The notes below the pieces were generated by a model. It saw only the letters and a program-made list of their open reading frames with translations. It was not told the DNA's origin and made no database searches. DNA of 46,059 nt from UHGV virus genome UHGV-0171654; one strand, given 5' to 3'. Below, piece by piece: positions 8,983 to 18,599 of this stretch (positions are counted from its first letter, which is position 1; the number at the start of each line of letters is the position of its first letter). Position numbers and translations under genes: made by a program. The stretch is from a virus.

Positions 8983-9841
8983 TGCTATCCCCGCCGATGA
9001 CAGATGCAGGAGACGCCACAACAAATGTCTCCCAAAGTCCACCAGGTACCTTACAAGACAAGTAGTGGGTTGTTCCCGCTTGTACCACCCACTCTCCGCT
9101 AGCATGTGGAAGCTCTGTTTCAAGAATGATCTTAGTGTTCAATTTTAGCGCCGGTGAATAAATGCACCTAAAGTTAATCCCCATCTCATAAAATATTGGA
9201 TAACCAATAAGCCCAGTGGCTGGAGAAATATACGGAACAACTGAATCCGACGGTGTTTTACCTGTGTAAATTGTGACAGTGCCAAAATCTATATCAACAG
9301 ATATGTTATGCGCTGCCGCAATTTTTAATATTTGCATTATAGCGTTGTCATCGAAATATGGATTTCGATGGGTAGCCTTGACGTCCACGTTAATGAACTT
9401 TAAACCAACTTTAAAGGCAAGAGCACGAATCATATCAGCCACATCAGCATCGCCACGAATGGACGTTGGCTCACATGGGATCAGGCGCTCCCTTCCGGCT
9501 GCCGCCGCAGTTATCTCAATCGGGGCATCCGGCATCTGGTTCAGGTTAATCCTGGCAGATGTTATTGACCCGGAAAAAACACGGGTATCACCGGCATAAA
9601 CGACGATTGAATTCTGTGCATACGCGATTATCTTTTGCGCGTTTGTCGTCAGCTTGGACATGTTTTCCAGGGAAAGTCCCCAGAGGCTAAGTTCAAGAAT
9701 GGTTCCGGTAGCGCCGCCAAAGGCAGATATAGCCGCTTCACACTTGAACCCCTTAACAGTCAGGGTGTCACCAGTATCGCCATCAAAAGTTCCATTGGCC
9801 AGCGTGAACGATACAGTAAGCTCTCTCTCCTTGTAACTCAT
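8972..9841 (-). CDS. baseplate/tail protein (hub-like, 289 aa)
   Basis: Position between tail protein genes and gpV-like spike; overlapping stop/start. Confidence 0.45.
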   Translation of the reverse strand: MSYKERELTVSFTLANGTFDGDTGDTLTVKGFKCEAAISAFGGATGTILELSLWGLSLENMSKLTTNAQKIIAYAQNSIVVYAGDTRVFSGSITSARINLNQMPDAPIEITAAAAGRERLIPCEPTSIRGDADVADMIRALAFKVGLKFINVDVKATHRNPYFDDNAIMQILKIAAAHNISVDIDFGTVTIYTGKTPSDSVVPYISPATGLIGYPIFYEMGINFRCIYSPALKLNTKIILETELPHASGEWVVQAGTTHYLSCKVPGGLWETFVVASPASVIGGDSNGN

Positions 9842-10143
9842 CTGCCTACCTCACTGCTCGTCGCATAATACAGCTTGAATCTGGTGCCTATTTCGTCGTA
9901 ATACGGATCGGCTGTGCCTTTCGAGTCAACGAAAACCAGATCGCCACTGAAACCCAGATATTTATACCGAACCAGGTAAACGCAGTTCAGGCAGAGAACA
10001 CCCTGAAATATCGGCTTGTCATCGACATACAGATCGGCGTAAAACCCGGTTGATCGCTGATGCAACTTGATAGCGCAGTTCTGGCCGCCAAGCGTGACAT
10101 ACACCTTTTGGGATAGTGACGGCGATAAGCTAATTTCCTGCAT
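9838..10143 (-). CDS. hypothetical tail-module protein (101 aa)
   Basis: ATGA-type overlap with neighbours, same operon. Confidence 0.45.
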   Translation of the reverse strand: MQEISLSPSLSQKVYVTLGGQNCAIKLHQRSTGFYADLYVDDKPIFQGVLCLNCVYLVRYKYLGFSGDLVFVDSKGTADPYYDEIGTRFKLYYATSSEVGR

Positions 10144-10144
10144 G

Positions 10145-10984
10145 TCACATCACCTTTTCCAGAAAGTCGGAGACGGTGCTTTTTATCTGCTTAGAAACTG
10201 CAGTAGAAGAGCTGTCCCACGTCTTAGAGACTGACTCGGCCGCCGAGTTAACGTTAGATACAATCGCTGCCCCTGTCGTCTGGAGAGCGTCTGATAAGGT
10301 TGTATCGGCGCTTGACCAGGCATTCTTGACATCGCTCAATGTCACCTCTTTCGTTGCCCCGGTGATCACCTGCGTTGAGGCTGCGGTGCCATTGTTGGTT
10401 TTCGCGTTGCTGGTCGGTGGGCCTTCAATTACAGCGTTTGAAAGCATGACCTCCCCGCCGTCCATGATCTCCTCGAAAGTGCAGTTCGCCATCAACAACG
10501 TCTGCCCACGATACGACCCCACAAAGTAATCAAAATGGGTCAGATCGTAGCTGTAATACACCGTATCAGGTGTCTCGATGTTGTAGGTGCTGGCCGTGTT
10601 TTTCATCTCATCCAGTTTCTGAATGAAATTGTTCCGGCTCAGCAGGGAGAAGTTGGTCAGGTTGGGCAGGGACCCGGAAAAAGCCGTCCACCCTTCAAGG
10701 GCAAAAATGATCCTGAGTTCAGACGGCTGTTTCACTTTGTTGTAGGACGTGTACCGCCCCTTTTCTACCGGCCCCTTAGTCACCGCTGCATCACCGTAGC
10801 GATCAACACTAACCCAGCCGGACGGGGAGAAAACCTCCTGCCCGGCTGCAGCCGTCAAAAGCGACTCGTCAACGGTGTTATAGGTGATCCGGTAAGTTGG
10901 CGACAGGGCGCTGTTAAGGACGGATAACAGGCTTCCTCCCTGAATGGCGGATAGCACTGTCGAGACATTCAGAGAAAACGACAT
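10145..10984 (-). CDS. tail protein (279 aa; DNA-circulation/tail-completion position)
   Basis: Directly downstream of tape measure gene. Confidence 0.45.
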   Translation of the reverse strand: MSFSLNVSTVLSAIQGGSLLSVLNSALSPTYRITYNTVDESLLTAAAGQEVFSPSGWVSVDRYGDAAVTKGPVEKGRYTSYNKVKQPSELRIIFALEGWTAFSGSLPNLTNFSLLSRNNFIQKLDEMKNTASTYNIETPDTVYYSYDLTHFDYFVGSYRGQTLLMANCTFEEIMDGGEVMLSNAVIEGPPTSNAKTNNGTAASTQVITGATKEVTLSDVKNAWSSADTTLSDALQTTGAAIVSNVNSAAESVSKTWDSSSTAVSKQIKSTVSDFLEKVM

Positions 10985-10987
10985 GAG

Positions 10988-12952
10988 TTATTGTCCTGAG
11001 TAGCCAGCCAAAAGCATGACACGGTTGTCGCCGTGCTTTTTGATGTCGCTGGTAAGCTGTTCCACGTTCTGGGCCTGGGTGGTGATTTTGGTGCCATAAA
11101 ACTGATAAGTCGCACCGGACTGTCCGGGCATTGCGCGGTCTACGGCCATCCCGGCGCCAGGGCGCATTCCGGCCATGACTTTAGGGACGTAATTGCGAGT
11201 TTCCGACGGCAGGTTACCCATGCCTTTCTTCTGGACGTTTCCGAGCCCCCAGTTATAGGAGGCAAGAGTTTTTTCCAGGTCGCCACCGGTAGCATCCAGC
11301 AGATAGCGCAGGTATCTTGCAGCGGCATCAGCTGACTTGTGGGGGTCATAAACGTCCATCCCCTTCAAACCCAAGTCTCTGGCAGTTCCATCCATAAACT
11401 GGAATGGGCCTTTCGCCCCTTTAGGGGATACTGCGAACGGGTCGCCACCTGATTCAGTACCAGCCACCGAAGACAGCAGCCGGGCGGGGAGTCCATATTT
11501 ACCTTCCAGCGCCCCGAATTCGCCAGCCATCGCCTGAAGAAATGCCTTTCCTTTGGCGCCAAGGCGAGCGGCCTGCGCGTTAAGCGGGACGTTTGACTGG
11601 TATCCCGAGGTATCTGGCTGCATTGTTGCCGCGCCAGCTGGAGAGATCAGGGCGTCAGCGATTTTTGAAAGGAGATTTTTGGTGCTTTCCCAGTAGTCTC
11701 TTTCATCCTGCTGCTGCCGACGCTGTTCAGGAAGTGGCTGAAACTTAACAGCATCAAGCATTTTTTGCGTTGCCTGCTGCTGCGGGCTTAGATACGCAGA
11801 GTCCTGATCAGGTTTAAAATCCAGTGTGCCGCCGTTTTTCTTCAGCGCCTGCTCGGCTGCCCTGGTCACTCCGGGCAGCGCATCATTACCGGTAGGCTTT
11901 CCGTCTTCAGTGCCGTACCACGCCTTTTTAAACTCATCGGCAGCCTTGGAGAAGTTGCCGTTATTGAGCTCGTTTAAAGCGTTACCCAGGTGGTTTAGCA
12001 CTTTTCCGAGCATGGAAAAGTTATCTTTGAGGTTGCGCAGATCGCCTGATAGCGTCCAGCTACCAAGGTCAATACCAGTAATGTCGTTAATGTCCCGCTT
12101 CAGCTCTTTGAAGAATGAAGAGGATTTTGCGTTACCAGACGACCACTCAATGAGGAGGCCATTCAGATCGCGAATGGTTGGTATCAATCCCACGTAAATC
12201 TGGTTTTTTACCGTGTCGAGATTTTGCCCCAGCTCCGCCCATGCGGCTGTAAATTCCTTTGCGCCTTTGGTTGAGGCATCTGTAATGCCGGAGCTTTTAG
12301 TCAGCCGGTCAACATCAGTTAGGAATTTTCCTTCCTGATTGCGCTGGTTGATAGCGTCATCAATACCAACCAACTGAAGAATCTGACGGCGGATATCTGG
12401 ATCGGTAACCTTCCTTGCCGACTCCAGTATTTTCCTGAACGTGGTTTGTGCTGAGTCGTCCCTGATGTTGAAAGAATCATGGGTCAGTGAATTAAGCCGG
12501 ATTGCTGCTTCCTGCACTGGCGTATCGTACACTCCGACCTTGGCCAGTTGCTTTGCATTCTGAAATCCCTGCAATGCTGCACTTATTTTCTCGACAGAAC
12601 TACCGGCCGCCTCTGCCGCCTTACCCACGCCGTCAAGCTCTTTGGCTGTCATCCCCAGCGATTTAGCCTGAATGGACAACTCCATCAGTCCGGAGGTGGT
12701 GCTTTTCACAAAGCTCATCAGGCCGCCGGCCGTGACGGTAACGCCAGTAAGTGCCAGAAGTTCCGTCTTTATGCTGCTGAAGAACGAAGCAGCTTTCTTG
12801 CCCTGCTCTGCCATTTCTTTGGCGGTGTTTTTGGCGTCCTCGCGCTGCTTTTTCAGGTCGTCACTGACTTCCTGCTGGCCTTTGCGGAACTGAGAAGTAT
12901 CAAGGCCCAGCGTCACCAGGAGGGCGTCAATTACCGTTGCTGCCATGATCAC
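10988..12952 (-). CDS. tail tape measure protein with C-terminal soluble lytic transglycosylase (SLT) domain
   Basis: 654 aa, alpha-helical N-terminal region; SLT motifs GTESGGDPFAVSPKGAKGPFQFM ... ASYNWG at aa ~480-620 (nt ~11093-11521). Confidence 0.8.
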   Translation of the reverse strand: MIMAATVIDALLVTLGLDTSQFRKGQQEVSDDLKKQREDAKNTAKEMAEQGKKAASFFSSIKTELLALTGVTVTAGGLMSFVKSTTSGLMELSIQAKSLGMTAKELDGVGKAAEAAGSSVEKISAALQGFQNAKQLAKVGVYDTPVQEAAIRLNSLTHDSFNIRDDSAQTTFRKILESARKVTDPDIRRQILQLVGIDDAINQRNQEGKFLTDVDRLTKSSGITDASTKGAKEFTAAWAELGQNLDTVKNQIYVGLIPTIRDLNGLLIEWSSGNAKSSSFFKELKRDINDITGIDLGSWTLSGDLRNLKDNFSMLGKVLNHLGNALNELNNGNFSKAADEFKKAWYGTEDGKPTGNDALPGVTRAAEQALKKNGGTLDFKPDQDSAYLSPQQQATQKMLDAVKFQPLPEQRRQQQDERDYWESTKNLLSKIADALISPAGAATMQPDTSGYQSNVPLNAQAARLGAKGKAFLQAMAGEFGALEGKYGLPARLLSSVAGTESGGDPFAVSPKGAKGPFQFMDGTARDLGLKGMDVYDPHKSADAAARYLRYLLDATGGDLEKTLASYNWGLGNVQKKGMGNLPSETRNYVPKVMAGMRPGAGMAVDRAMPGQSGATYQFYGTKITTQAQNVEQLTSDIKKHGDNRVMLLAGYSGQ

Positions 12953-13150
12953 TCTCCGCTGCTATGGCTCTGTTGGTGTTATCCACGGTCATTATTTCAA
13001 TCAGCCACCACATATCCTGGACGCTGTATACCGTGTCCAGTTCGTGGAGTGTCGCCATTTTCCCGGAGATCACCGCGGCGATACTGCGCGGCACGTTCTC
13101 GTACTGAATGAAGCCACGATCTGAGTCTTCCGGGACGGATAAGGGGATTT

Positions 13151-13627
13151 CTAGCTTGCGGTGGCTGCTACAAAAGCGATATGGAGTTTGAAGGCTTCGA
13201 TTTTCAGGCGCGACCAGGTGCTGATTTCTTCGATCTGACCTTCGTCAACAAGCGCTGTTTCGATACCATTGCCGCCGAGGAATTTCACGCAGCCAAGCAG
13301 CTCATCAAGCAGAGGCTTTGACTGTGCGAACGGGACTTTAGCCAGTGAAGTGATACCCCACTGAGCGAGACCGGCCATACCGCTGGCCATCACGCTTTCG
13401 TACAGCTCGCGTGCTTCTGCATTATCCTCGGCCGGGGCCGGAGCAACCGCGGCACCGATGGCCGCCATCATATTGTCGGGAACGGTAACCCCGGCGCCAA
13501 TCACAGCGCACGCCAGGCGGATCGCCCACTCTTCGGCCTTTCTCGCCGGCATTTCGGTTATTTTGAACTGCTTACCCTTGTCACGGTTATCTGCCTCAAC
13601 CGTAAATACGATGCTTTTACGAGCCAT
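13151..13627 (-). CDS. tail assembly chaperone (gpG-like)
   Basis: 158 aa, immediately upstream of tape measure with ~200-nt gap in which a -1 frame stays open (see findings). Confidence 0.5.
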   Translation of the reverse strand: MARKSIVFTVEADNRDKGKQFKITEMPARKAEEWAIRLACAVIGAGVTVPDNMMAAIGAAVAPAPAEDNAEARELYESVMASGMAGLAQWGITSLAKVPFAQSKPLLDELLGCVKFLGGNGIETALVDEGQIEEISTWSRLKIEAFKLHIAFVAATAS

Positions 13628-13655
13628 TTTTGTTTCCTGAATGAGTTATCTGGCA

Positions 13656-13680
13656 ATAAAAAAGCCCACCAGAGTGGGCC
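13656..13680 (-). terminator. rho-independent terminator downstream of Rha-like gene
   Basis: Minus strand GCCCACTCTGGTGGGC hairpin followed by TTTTTTATT. Confidence 0.65.
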
Positions 13681-13706
13681 ATTCAAAAACCACTGAACTG
13701 TGGGTT

Positions 13707-14261
13707 TCATGATTCGACAAGCGCACCAGGAAATCCTGGCAATGCCAACTGACCTTGCTTTTCCAATTGCTCAATGCGTGAAAGTAACTGCGGCTTCTTC
13801 TCTTTTCCCCAGCGTCGTAGCAGGCGACCCGACATACTGGCGACATCCTTCTCTTTCATGAACTCCAGCATGACGGCATTACGCTCAGACTCTAAATTTC
13901 GCGTCCCTTGCGCAATCATATCGGCCATCCAGTCAAAAGCGGCAATGTATGCTTCCTTAAATGCAAAGGCGGCAGCACCGGTAAAGCTGAAGACCAGCAT
14001 AGTCCATCCGTTGCGAGTCATTTTGTAGAAAGGTTGAGGCTTTCCGTTCTGTAACTCATTGTTTTCATGGCAAAGCGTAAAATTGCGCTCTGCAAAATCT
14101 GGCGAACATGAACTGATTACCTTCCTGGTTTTCCTCATAACGTCCTTGTGTTCTTTCCTGAACGCCTTCGCGACTTTAAATGTATCGGTCGCAGACTCTG
14201 TGCCAGAGAGAAAAATCAGCTCTCGAAAATCGAAACCGTTAATAACAGTTGGGTATTGCAT
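13707..14261 (-). CDS. Rha-family phage regulatory protein (moron between tail tube and chaperone genes)
   Basis: N-terminal VAKAFRKEHKDVMRKTRKVI resembles the Rha F-G-K-x-H-x-x-V-L-R-x-I signature; flanked by terminators on both sides. Confidence 0.5.
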   Translation of the reverse strand: MQYPTVINGFDFRELIFLSGTESATDTFKVAKAFRKEHKDVMRKTRKVISSCSPDFAERNFTLCHENNELQNGKPQPFYKMTRNGWTMLVFSFTGAAAFAFKEAYIAAFDWMADMIAQGTRNLESERNAVMLEFMKEKDVASMSGRLLRRWGKEKKPQLLSRIEQLEKQGQLALPGFPGALVES

Positions 14262-14403
14262 CGGTAATTACCTTTTAGTGATGAACCTTGTCTCACAGGA
14301 ATCCGGCCCACAGAAAGGCACCGACAGCCAGCCGGTATCCTCAAGGGTCATCCTGAAAGGTTCTGTGTGAAATGCGCGTGAGATGCGCGGTGAATTGCAG
14401 GAA

Positions 14404-14430
14404 TAAAAAAAGCCCGGGCTTAGCCGGGCT
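14404..14430 (-). terminator. rho-independent terminator after tail tube gene
   Basis: Minus strand GCCCGGCTAAGCCCGGGC hairpin followed by TTTTTTTATTCC. Confidence 0.7.
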
Positions 14431-14436
14431 GATTGT

Positions 14437-14880
14437 TTACGCTGAGTACTCTGCTGGGGTGACAGTTTCCCACTGGATGAGTCCAGTTACCGGCTGAAGA
14501 ACACGACCAGCAGACGGCATACGGCGCGCGCGCTGCAGGATACCGTTGGTCATGATGTACTTTTTACCCAGCGACGGCAGGATCACCGTCCCATTAACAC
14601 GCAGCACAGACCGCGTGGTCATCTGCGTGGTTTGCCAGTTGTCGATGTACTTAATCGACGGGGATGATGCCGCCAGATGGAAAGTCCACGGCAGATCACC
14701 ATAAACAAAACCACCCAGCAGTTTCCCGTCAGCAGTACGCTGGTACTCTGCCGTGTCGGTATCACCCATTTCGAAGATGTTTTGCGCTTCGAACTGTTCC
14801 AGGTTAAAACCGGATGGGTAGAGCTCAGCGATTACCAGCTCGATGATGGCGTCAGCCGCCGTAATATTTTGACCGGGCAT
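14437..14880 (-). CDS. tail tube protein
   Basis: 147 aa, immediately downstream of sheath gene (ATGA-type overlap), typical myovirus order. Confidence 0.65.
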   Translation of the reverse strand: MPGQNITAADAIIELVIAELYPSGFNLEQFEAQNIFEMGDTDTAEYQRTADGKLLGGFVYGDLPWTFHLAASSPSIKYIDNWQTTQMTTRSVLRVNGTVILPSLGKKYIMTNGILQRARRMPSAGRVLQPVTGLIQWETVTPAEYSA

Positions 14881-16361
14881 TACTGTACCTCCACGCTGTT
14901 AACGGTGATACCCTGGATGATCCCGCCGTCGGTGTACCAGAAGTAAACCGTTGGCTTGGTACGCGCGGCGCGCATTGCTGGGGTGAACGGACCGATGTAG
15001 ACGTAATACCCTTCGGCCAGAAGCGAATCCGTAACATCAACGCCAGTGATGGCGTTAATCTGGTCGATCTGCGACTGGTCAAGATCGGTGCCCGCCGTCA
15101 TACCGCCCCACGTCCTGAATTGCTCAATGGTCGGCTTCATGCACGACTCAATGCGAGCTTTTCCGGCAGCCGCGAAGGGCAGATTGCTCGCCTGCTGGAA
15201 CAGCACAACAAGAGCCGCCTGCAGCTGAGCATTCACCCATACCTGACCCGCCCAGGCGTCAAGCCAGGCATAATCACCGGTAATAGAGCCGGGCGCCCAC
15301 TGATTGGTTTCGACGGCATTCGAGGCATAGTTGCCGTAGAAGTTATAGCCGTTAGCCTTGGCAGCCTCGTAATCAGTATCGTTACTGATCATCGGCAACA
15401 GGCCGGACACCTGACGGCCATTCAGCGAACAGCGCCCATTGGCCTGCGTGAAGTTCAGCGCGGCCACAAACCCCATCGCGTTTGCTGCGTGGTTCGGGTA
15501 ACCATACACGGGGCAGGTATCGTTGTAGGCGTAGGTGTTGATGATGTCATACACCAGTGCATTCGAGCTGCCCGCCACGATTGCCGTTCCTGATGCGTCC
15601 CATGGGACATAGGCAAAGCGGTGGTTCTGGCTGTTTGCCCAGAGCGCAAACGCATTAGCCTGGTCTTTGGTTACAGCGAACGTCGTGGAGAATGTTACCC
15701 AGTCCTGCTCTTTGGCAAGAATGGCAGTAAAGATATCGTCAACTACTGCCGGCGCAGCGCCCTGGGAAATTACCGCGCCAGTCGCCTCGGTAAGCTTGAG
15801 GCCAGCGGCCAGTGTGCCGTCATCGGCGAAGGTGATCGAACTCTCTGAGCCGGTGGTGGCAGAGGTGATGATAAATTTCTTCAGCACGCTATCCCAGGTC
15901 ACCACAACCGAGGAGCCAATACCGGTTTCAATCAGCTCTGCCGCGTTATCAAAACTGGTCACGCCGCTGAGGTTGATAGCCGCTGAAGTCTCCTCCGTAC
16001 CGTCGACGGTCAGAGTCAGCGTGCCGTTCAGCAACTTGAGCTGTGCCAGCGTGGTCGCGGCATGCGATCCGGAACGAAGGAATGCAGCCACTGCCGCAGT
16101 ATTGAATCGGCTAAAATACAGCTTGCCGGGCATCTGCGTTTTGCCGTTGAAGGCGGCGAAATACAGCACCGCGGCGGTGTACTCAATCGACGCGCTGCCG
16201 AAGTACGCCTTTACCTCATCCGCACTGGAAAATGAGGGTACTGCACCAACCGGCGCGTATGCGCTGTCGGTCAGGAACAGGCCATTGAGATCAATAGCCG
16301 TCCCTGTCGCCTTCAGTACGCCGGGAAGCATCTGGGCGATTTTTGATAGCGAAATTGCCAT
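14880..16361 (-). CDS. tail sheath protein
   Basis: 493 aa, size and position (upstream of tube) typical of contractile tail sheath (Mu L-like). Confidence 0.7.
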   Translation of the reverse strand: MAISLSKIAQMLPGVLKATGTAIDLNGLFLTDSAYAPVGAVPSFSSADEVKAYFGSASIEYTAAVLYFAAFNGKTQMPGKLYFSRFNTAAVAAFLRSGSHAATTLAQLKLLNGTLTLTVDGTEETSAAINLSGVTSFDNAAELIETGIGSSVVVTWDSVLKKFIITSATTGSESSITFADDGTLAAGLKLTEATGAVISQGAAPAVVDDIFTAILAKEQDWVTFSTTFAVTKDQANAFALWANSQNHRFAYVPWDASGTAIVAGSSNALVYDIINTYAYNDTCPVYGYPNHAANAMGFVAALNFTQANGRCSLNGRQVSGLLPMISNDTDYEAAKANGYNFYGNYASNAVETNQWAPGSITGDYAWLDAWAGQVWVNAQLQAALVVLFQQASNLPFAAAGKARIESCMKPTIEQFRTWGGMTAGTDLDQSQIDQINAITGVDVTDSLLAEGYYVYIGPFTPAMRAARTKPTVYFWYTDGGIIQGITVNSVEVQ

Positions 16362-16364
16362 TTA

Positions 16365-16916
16365 TTATTTCTCCGGAGGAAATCTCACGTCGACCGGCTG
16401 CGATATCACATCTGCGCCTGTCATAAACTGCTGAGGAACGCTGACGACAATCAGCGGGTTTGCGTGGAATTCAAGCGTCCAGCGGGATTCCCACTGTTTC
16501 TCGCCGTTGATCATCGAGGTTTGCCGCGGTGGGCCGGAATAAAGCGGCACCAGGACATTCGCATTTTCCCTGAACCAGGTGCATGCGAATTCAGAGCGTG
16601 CGATGCGCGAAAAGATGGTGGCATTGTTTTGCGCCTGATCCCCGTAGAAATCGAGCTGACACTGCCATTCATCAACGCGGCGAAGTTCTGCCCGCCCGTA
16701 ATCACTGACGCCGTCATACTCGTAATCAACAGCACTGGTTGAGAGGTCAGTCAAAAAAAGCGGAGTCATGGTAATGAAACCGCCTTTCGGCATTGGGGTT
16801 TGGTTTTGCTGTGTCTGCGTGACTTCTGCGTCCGGGAAAAGAGCTGAAAGGAAATCGCCGGTCGCCTTAAACAGATCGCTTTCAGTGACCTGCAGGCCTA
16901 CGTCAATTGTTGACAT
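16365..16916 (-). CDS. phage virion protein (neck/tail completion position)
   Basis: 183 aa between head-completion genes and sheath. Confidence 0.45.
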   Translation of the reverse strand: MSTIDVGLQVTESDLFKATGDFLSALFPDAEVTQTQQNQTPMPKGGFITMTPLFLTDLSTSAVDYEYDGVSDYGRAELRRVDEWQCQLDFYGDQAQNNATIFSRIARSEFACTWFRENANVLVPLYSGPPRQTSMINGEKQWESRWTLEFHANPLIVVSVPQQFMTGADVISQPVDVRFPPEK

Positions 16917-17266
16917 GCGATAACCCTCGTCCAGTCCGGCCAGACTTCAGGAACAGCCACAACCAGCCATGTTTCATTGCCGATAACGAACTTATCCCCA
17001 CCCTGCTGCCGATCCCTGTTAATCCCGCACCAGTTGCCATCCGTCCAGATGCTGACCAGTACACCCTGGATATTCATGTTATCCATGTGTCTGATATCTT
17101 CCTGACTTAACGCCTGCTTCTGCACCATCATCGTCACTGGCGGATCGAAACCAGGCGAGGTCGAATAATCTGGGTTTTTGACGGGCCCGGATGAGCGATA
17201 AATTTGCGCTTCGACGCGAGGATTGACCGCGCTAATGGCGCTGCGCACTATGGAATGCAGATTCAC
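16898..17266 (-). CDS. hypothetical virion protein (122 aa)
   Basis: Overlapping operon gene. Confidence 0.45.
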   Translation of the reverse strand: MNLHSIVRSAISAVNPRVEAQIYRSSGPVKNPDYSTSPGFDPPVTMMVQKQALSQEDIRHMDNMNIQGVLVSIWTDGNWCGINRDRQQGGDKFVIGNETWLVVAVPEVWPDWTRVIACQQLT

Positions 17267-17826
17267 TCTTTCACCTCGTAGTCGACCGAGTTCAGCATGT
17301 GAGCGGAGTCGATTAACGGGTCATTAAACCCTTTTTTGTCGACCGTGCTTTTTGCGTTCGGCGGTTCAGAAAAGGCGATGATTGACGACTGAATCTGCCC
17401 CTTAATCCGCTCCCCCATCAGAGCCAGGCTTTTTCTGGCGTCAAAATCGTTGGCCTTCATGAGTTTCCCAAGTTCCCCGCCCCACTCCGGCCCATGTTCG
17501 GAAATGGTCTTCCTGAAGTACGGTCGGGATGGGATCGTAACGATATGCTCGGGTATCATTACTGACTGCGCGAAATTGGCCTTCGATGGCTTTGCGAAGC
17601 GCGAAACGCCGTCGCGGCGAACGTAAAAGTTCAAATCCCTGGTATGCGCCGGGATTTTTACCGTACCGCCGAATTCGTTGGTGGCCGCCACAAGCGCTAC
17701 CGCCGTCCCGTCGGGGTACTTAGCCCCCTCAAGGAAACCAACCTTTAAATCATCGCCAGAGGACAGCCCCTTTGCGATCGACTTCAGGTGCTCCATCAGC
17801 TTGTCGCCGCCTGACATTCCATCCAT
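17263..17826 (-). CDS. virion morphogenesis/head-tail joining protein (187 aa)
   Basis: Position downstream of capsid genes; ATGA overlaps. Confidence 0.45.
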   Translation of the reverse strand: MDGMSGGDKLMEHLKSIAKGLSSGDDLKVGFLEGAKYPDGTAVALVAATNEFGGTVKIPAHTRDLNFYVRRDGVSRFAKPSKANFAQSVMIPEHIVTIPSRPYFRKTISEHGPEWGGELGKLMKANDFDARKSLALMGERIKGQIQSSIIAFSEPPNAKSTVDKKGFNDPLIDSAHMLNSVDYEVKE

Positions 17827-17828
17827 AG

Positions 17829-18272
17829 CTACCTCCGGATGAATGAACGGCGGTTGTAATGCCCCGGGTACATAGAAGGGGATGAGCCAGGGACATAAAA
17901 CCCGGTTCTGTAAGGCTTAGTAGCCTCCCAGTAAGCTGAACCGTAAGTGGTCTGCTTATACCACCAGGAGCTTTCGCTTGAGGGTCCTGCGTCAGCTGAT
18001 ACTGACACTGAACCCTCCGATGCGCTTGCCACACGACCAACCAGACCAGAAGCCTTTTCGCCGTTTACGCCTGAATTCAGCGCAGCAATGTGCGCAACCA
18101 GCATATTCAGGAAAAGAGCCCGGATAGAGATATCTTTTACCGGGCTGCTGTCCGTGTTATTCAGGTAAATCGTTGCCTCCGTGAAGTACGCATTAAGCAG
18201 CGTTTCACTTACGGCATCGAACTCCGGATAACGCTCACGAAATGCGGCAACATCAAAGACAACGATCGCCAT
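17829..18272 (-). CDS. DUF4054-like head-tail connector protein
   Basis: Starts [18 protein letters not shown], characteristic of DUF4054 phage proteins. Confidence 0.5.
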   Translation of the reverse strand: MAIVVFDVAAFRERYPEFDAVSETLLNAYFTEATIYLNNTDSSPVKDISIRALFLNMLVAHIAALNSGVNGEKASGLVGRVASASEGSVSVSADAGPSSESSWWYKQTTYGSAYWEATKPYRTGFYVPGSSPSMYPGHYNRRSFIRR

Positions 18273-18598
18273 TATTTTTTGTCCGCCTTCTCAATGCCCG
18301 GGGCCGGATTGTTCTGATCCAGACCTTCCAGACCGGTTTTCTCCGAAGCGTTTTCATTCGCTTTCGCCTGGGCGCTGCTGGTTTTCGCCTGGGCAAACAC
18401 CAGCTCTTTAAGAACGTATGGCTGATCAGCATGTACTGCCAGCCACGCCTCAAAGGCTTCCTTGTCTACGTTTTCGGTCAGGCCGTAGCCGCCGACAACG
18501 ATAGAGGAGTTGGAGCCGTTAAGCTCCACTTTGTACCCGCCCTGCTCCAGGATCAGGCCGTTCGGCAGTTTGCATCCTACAGTTACTGTTTCGGCCAT
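18272..18598 (-). CDS. small structural protein (108 aa) downstream of major capsid gene
   Basis: Position and size. Confidence 0.45.
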   Translation of the reverse strand: MAETVTVGCKLPNGLILEQGGYKVELNGSNSSIVVGGYGLTENVDKEAFEAWLAVHADQPYVLKELVFAQAKTSSAQAKANENASEKTGLEGLDQNNPAPGIEKADKK

Positions 18599-18599
18599 G

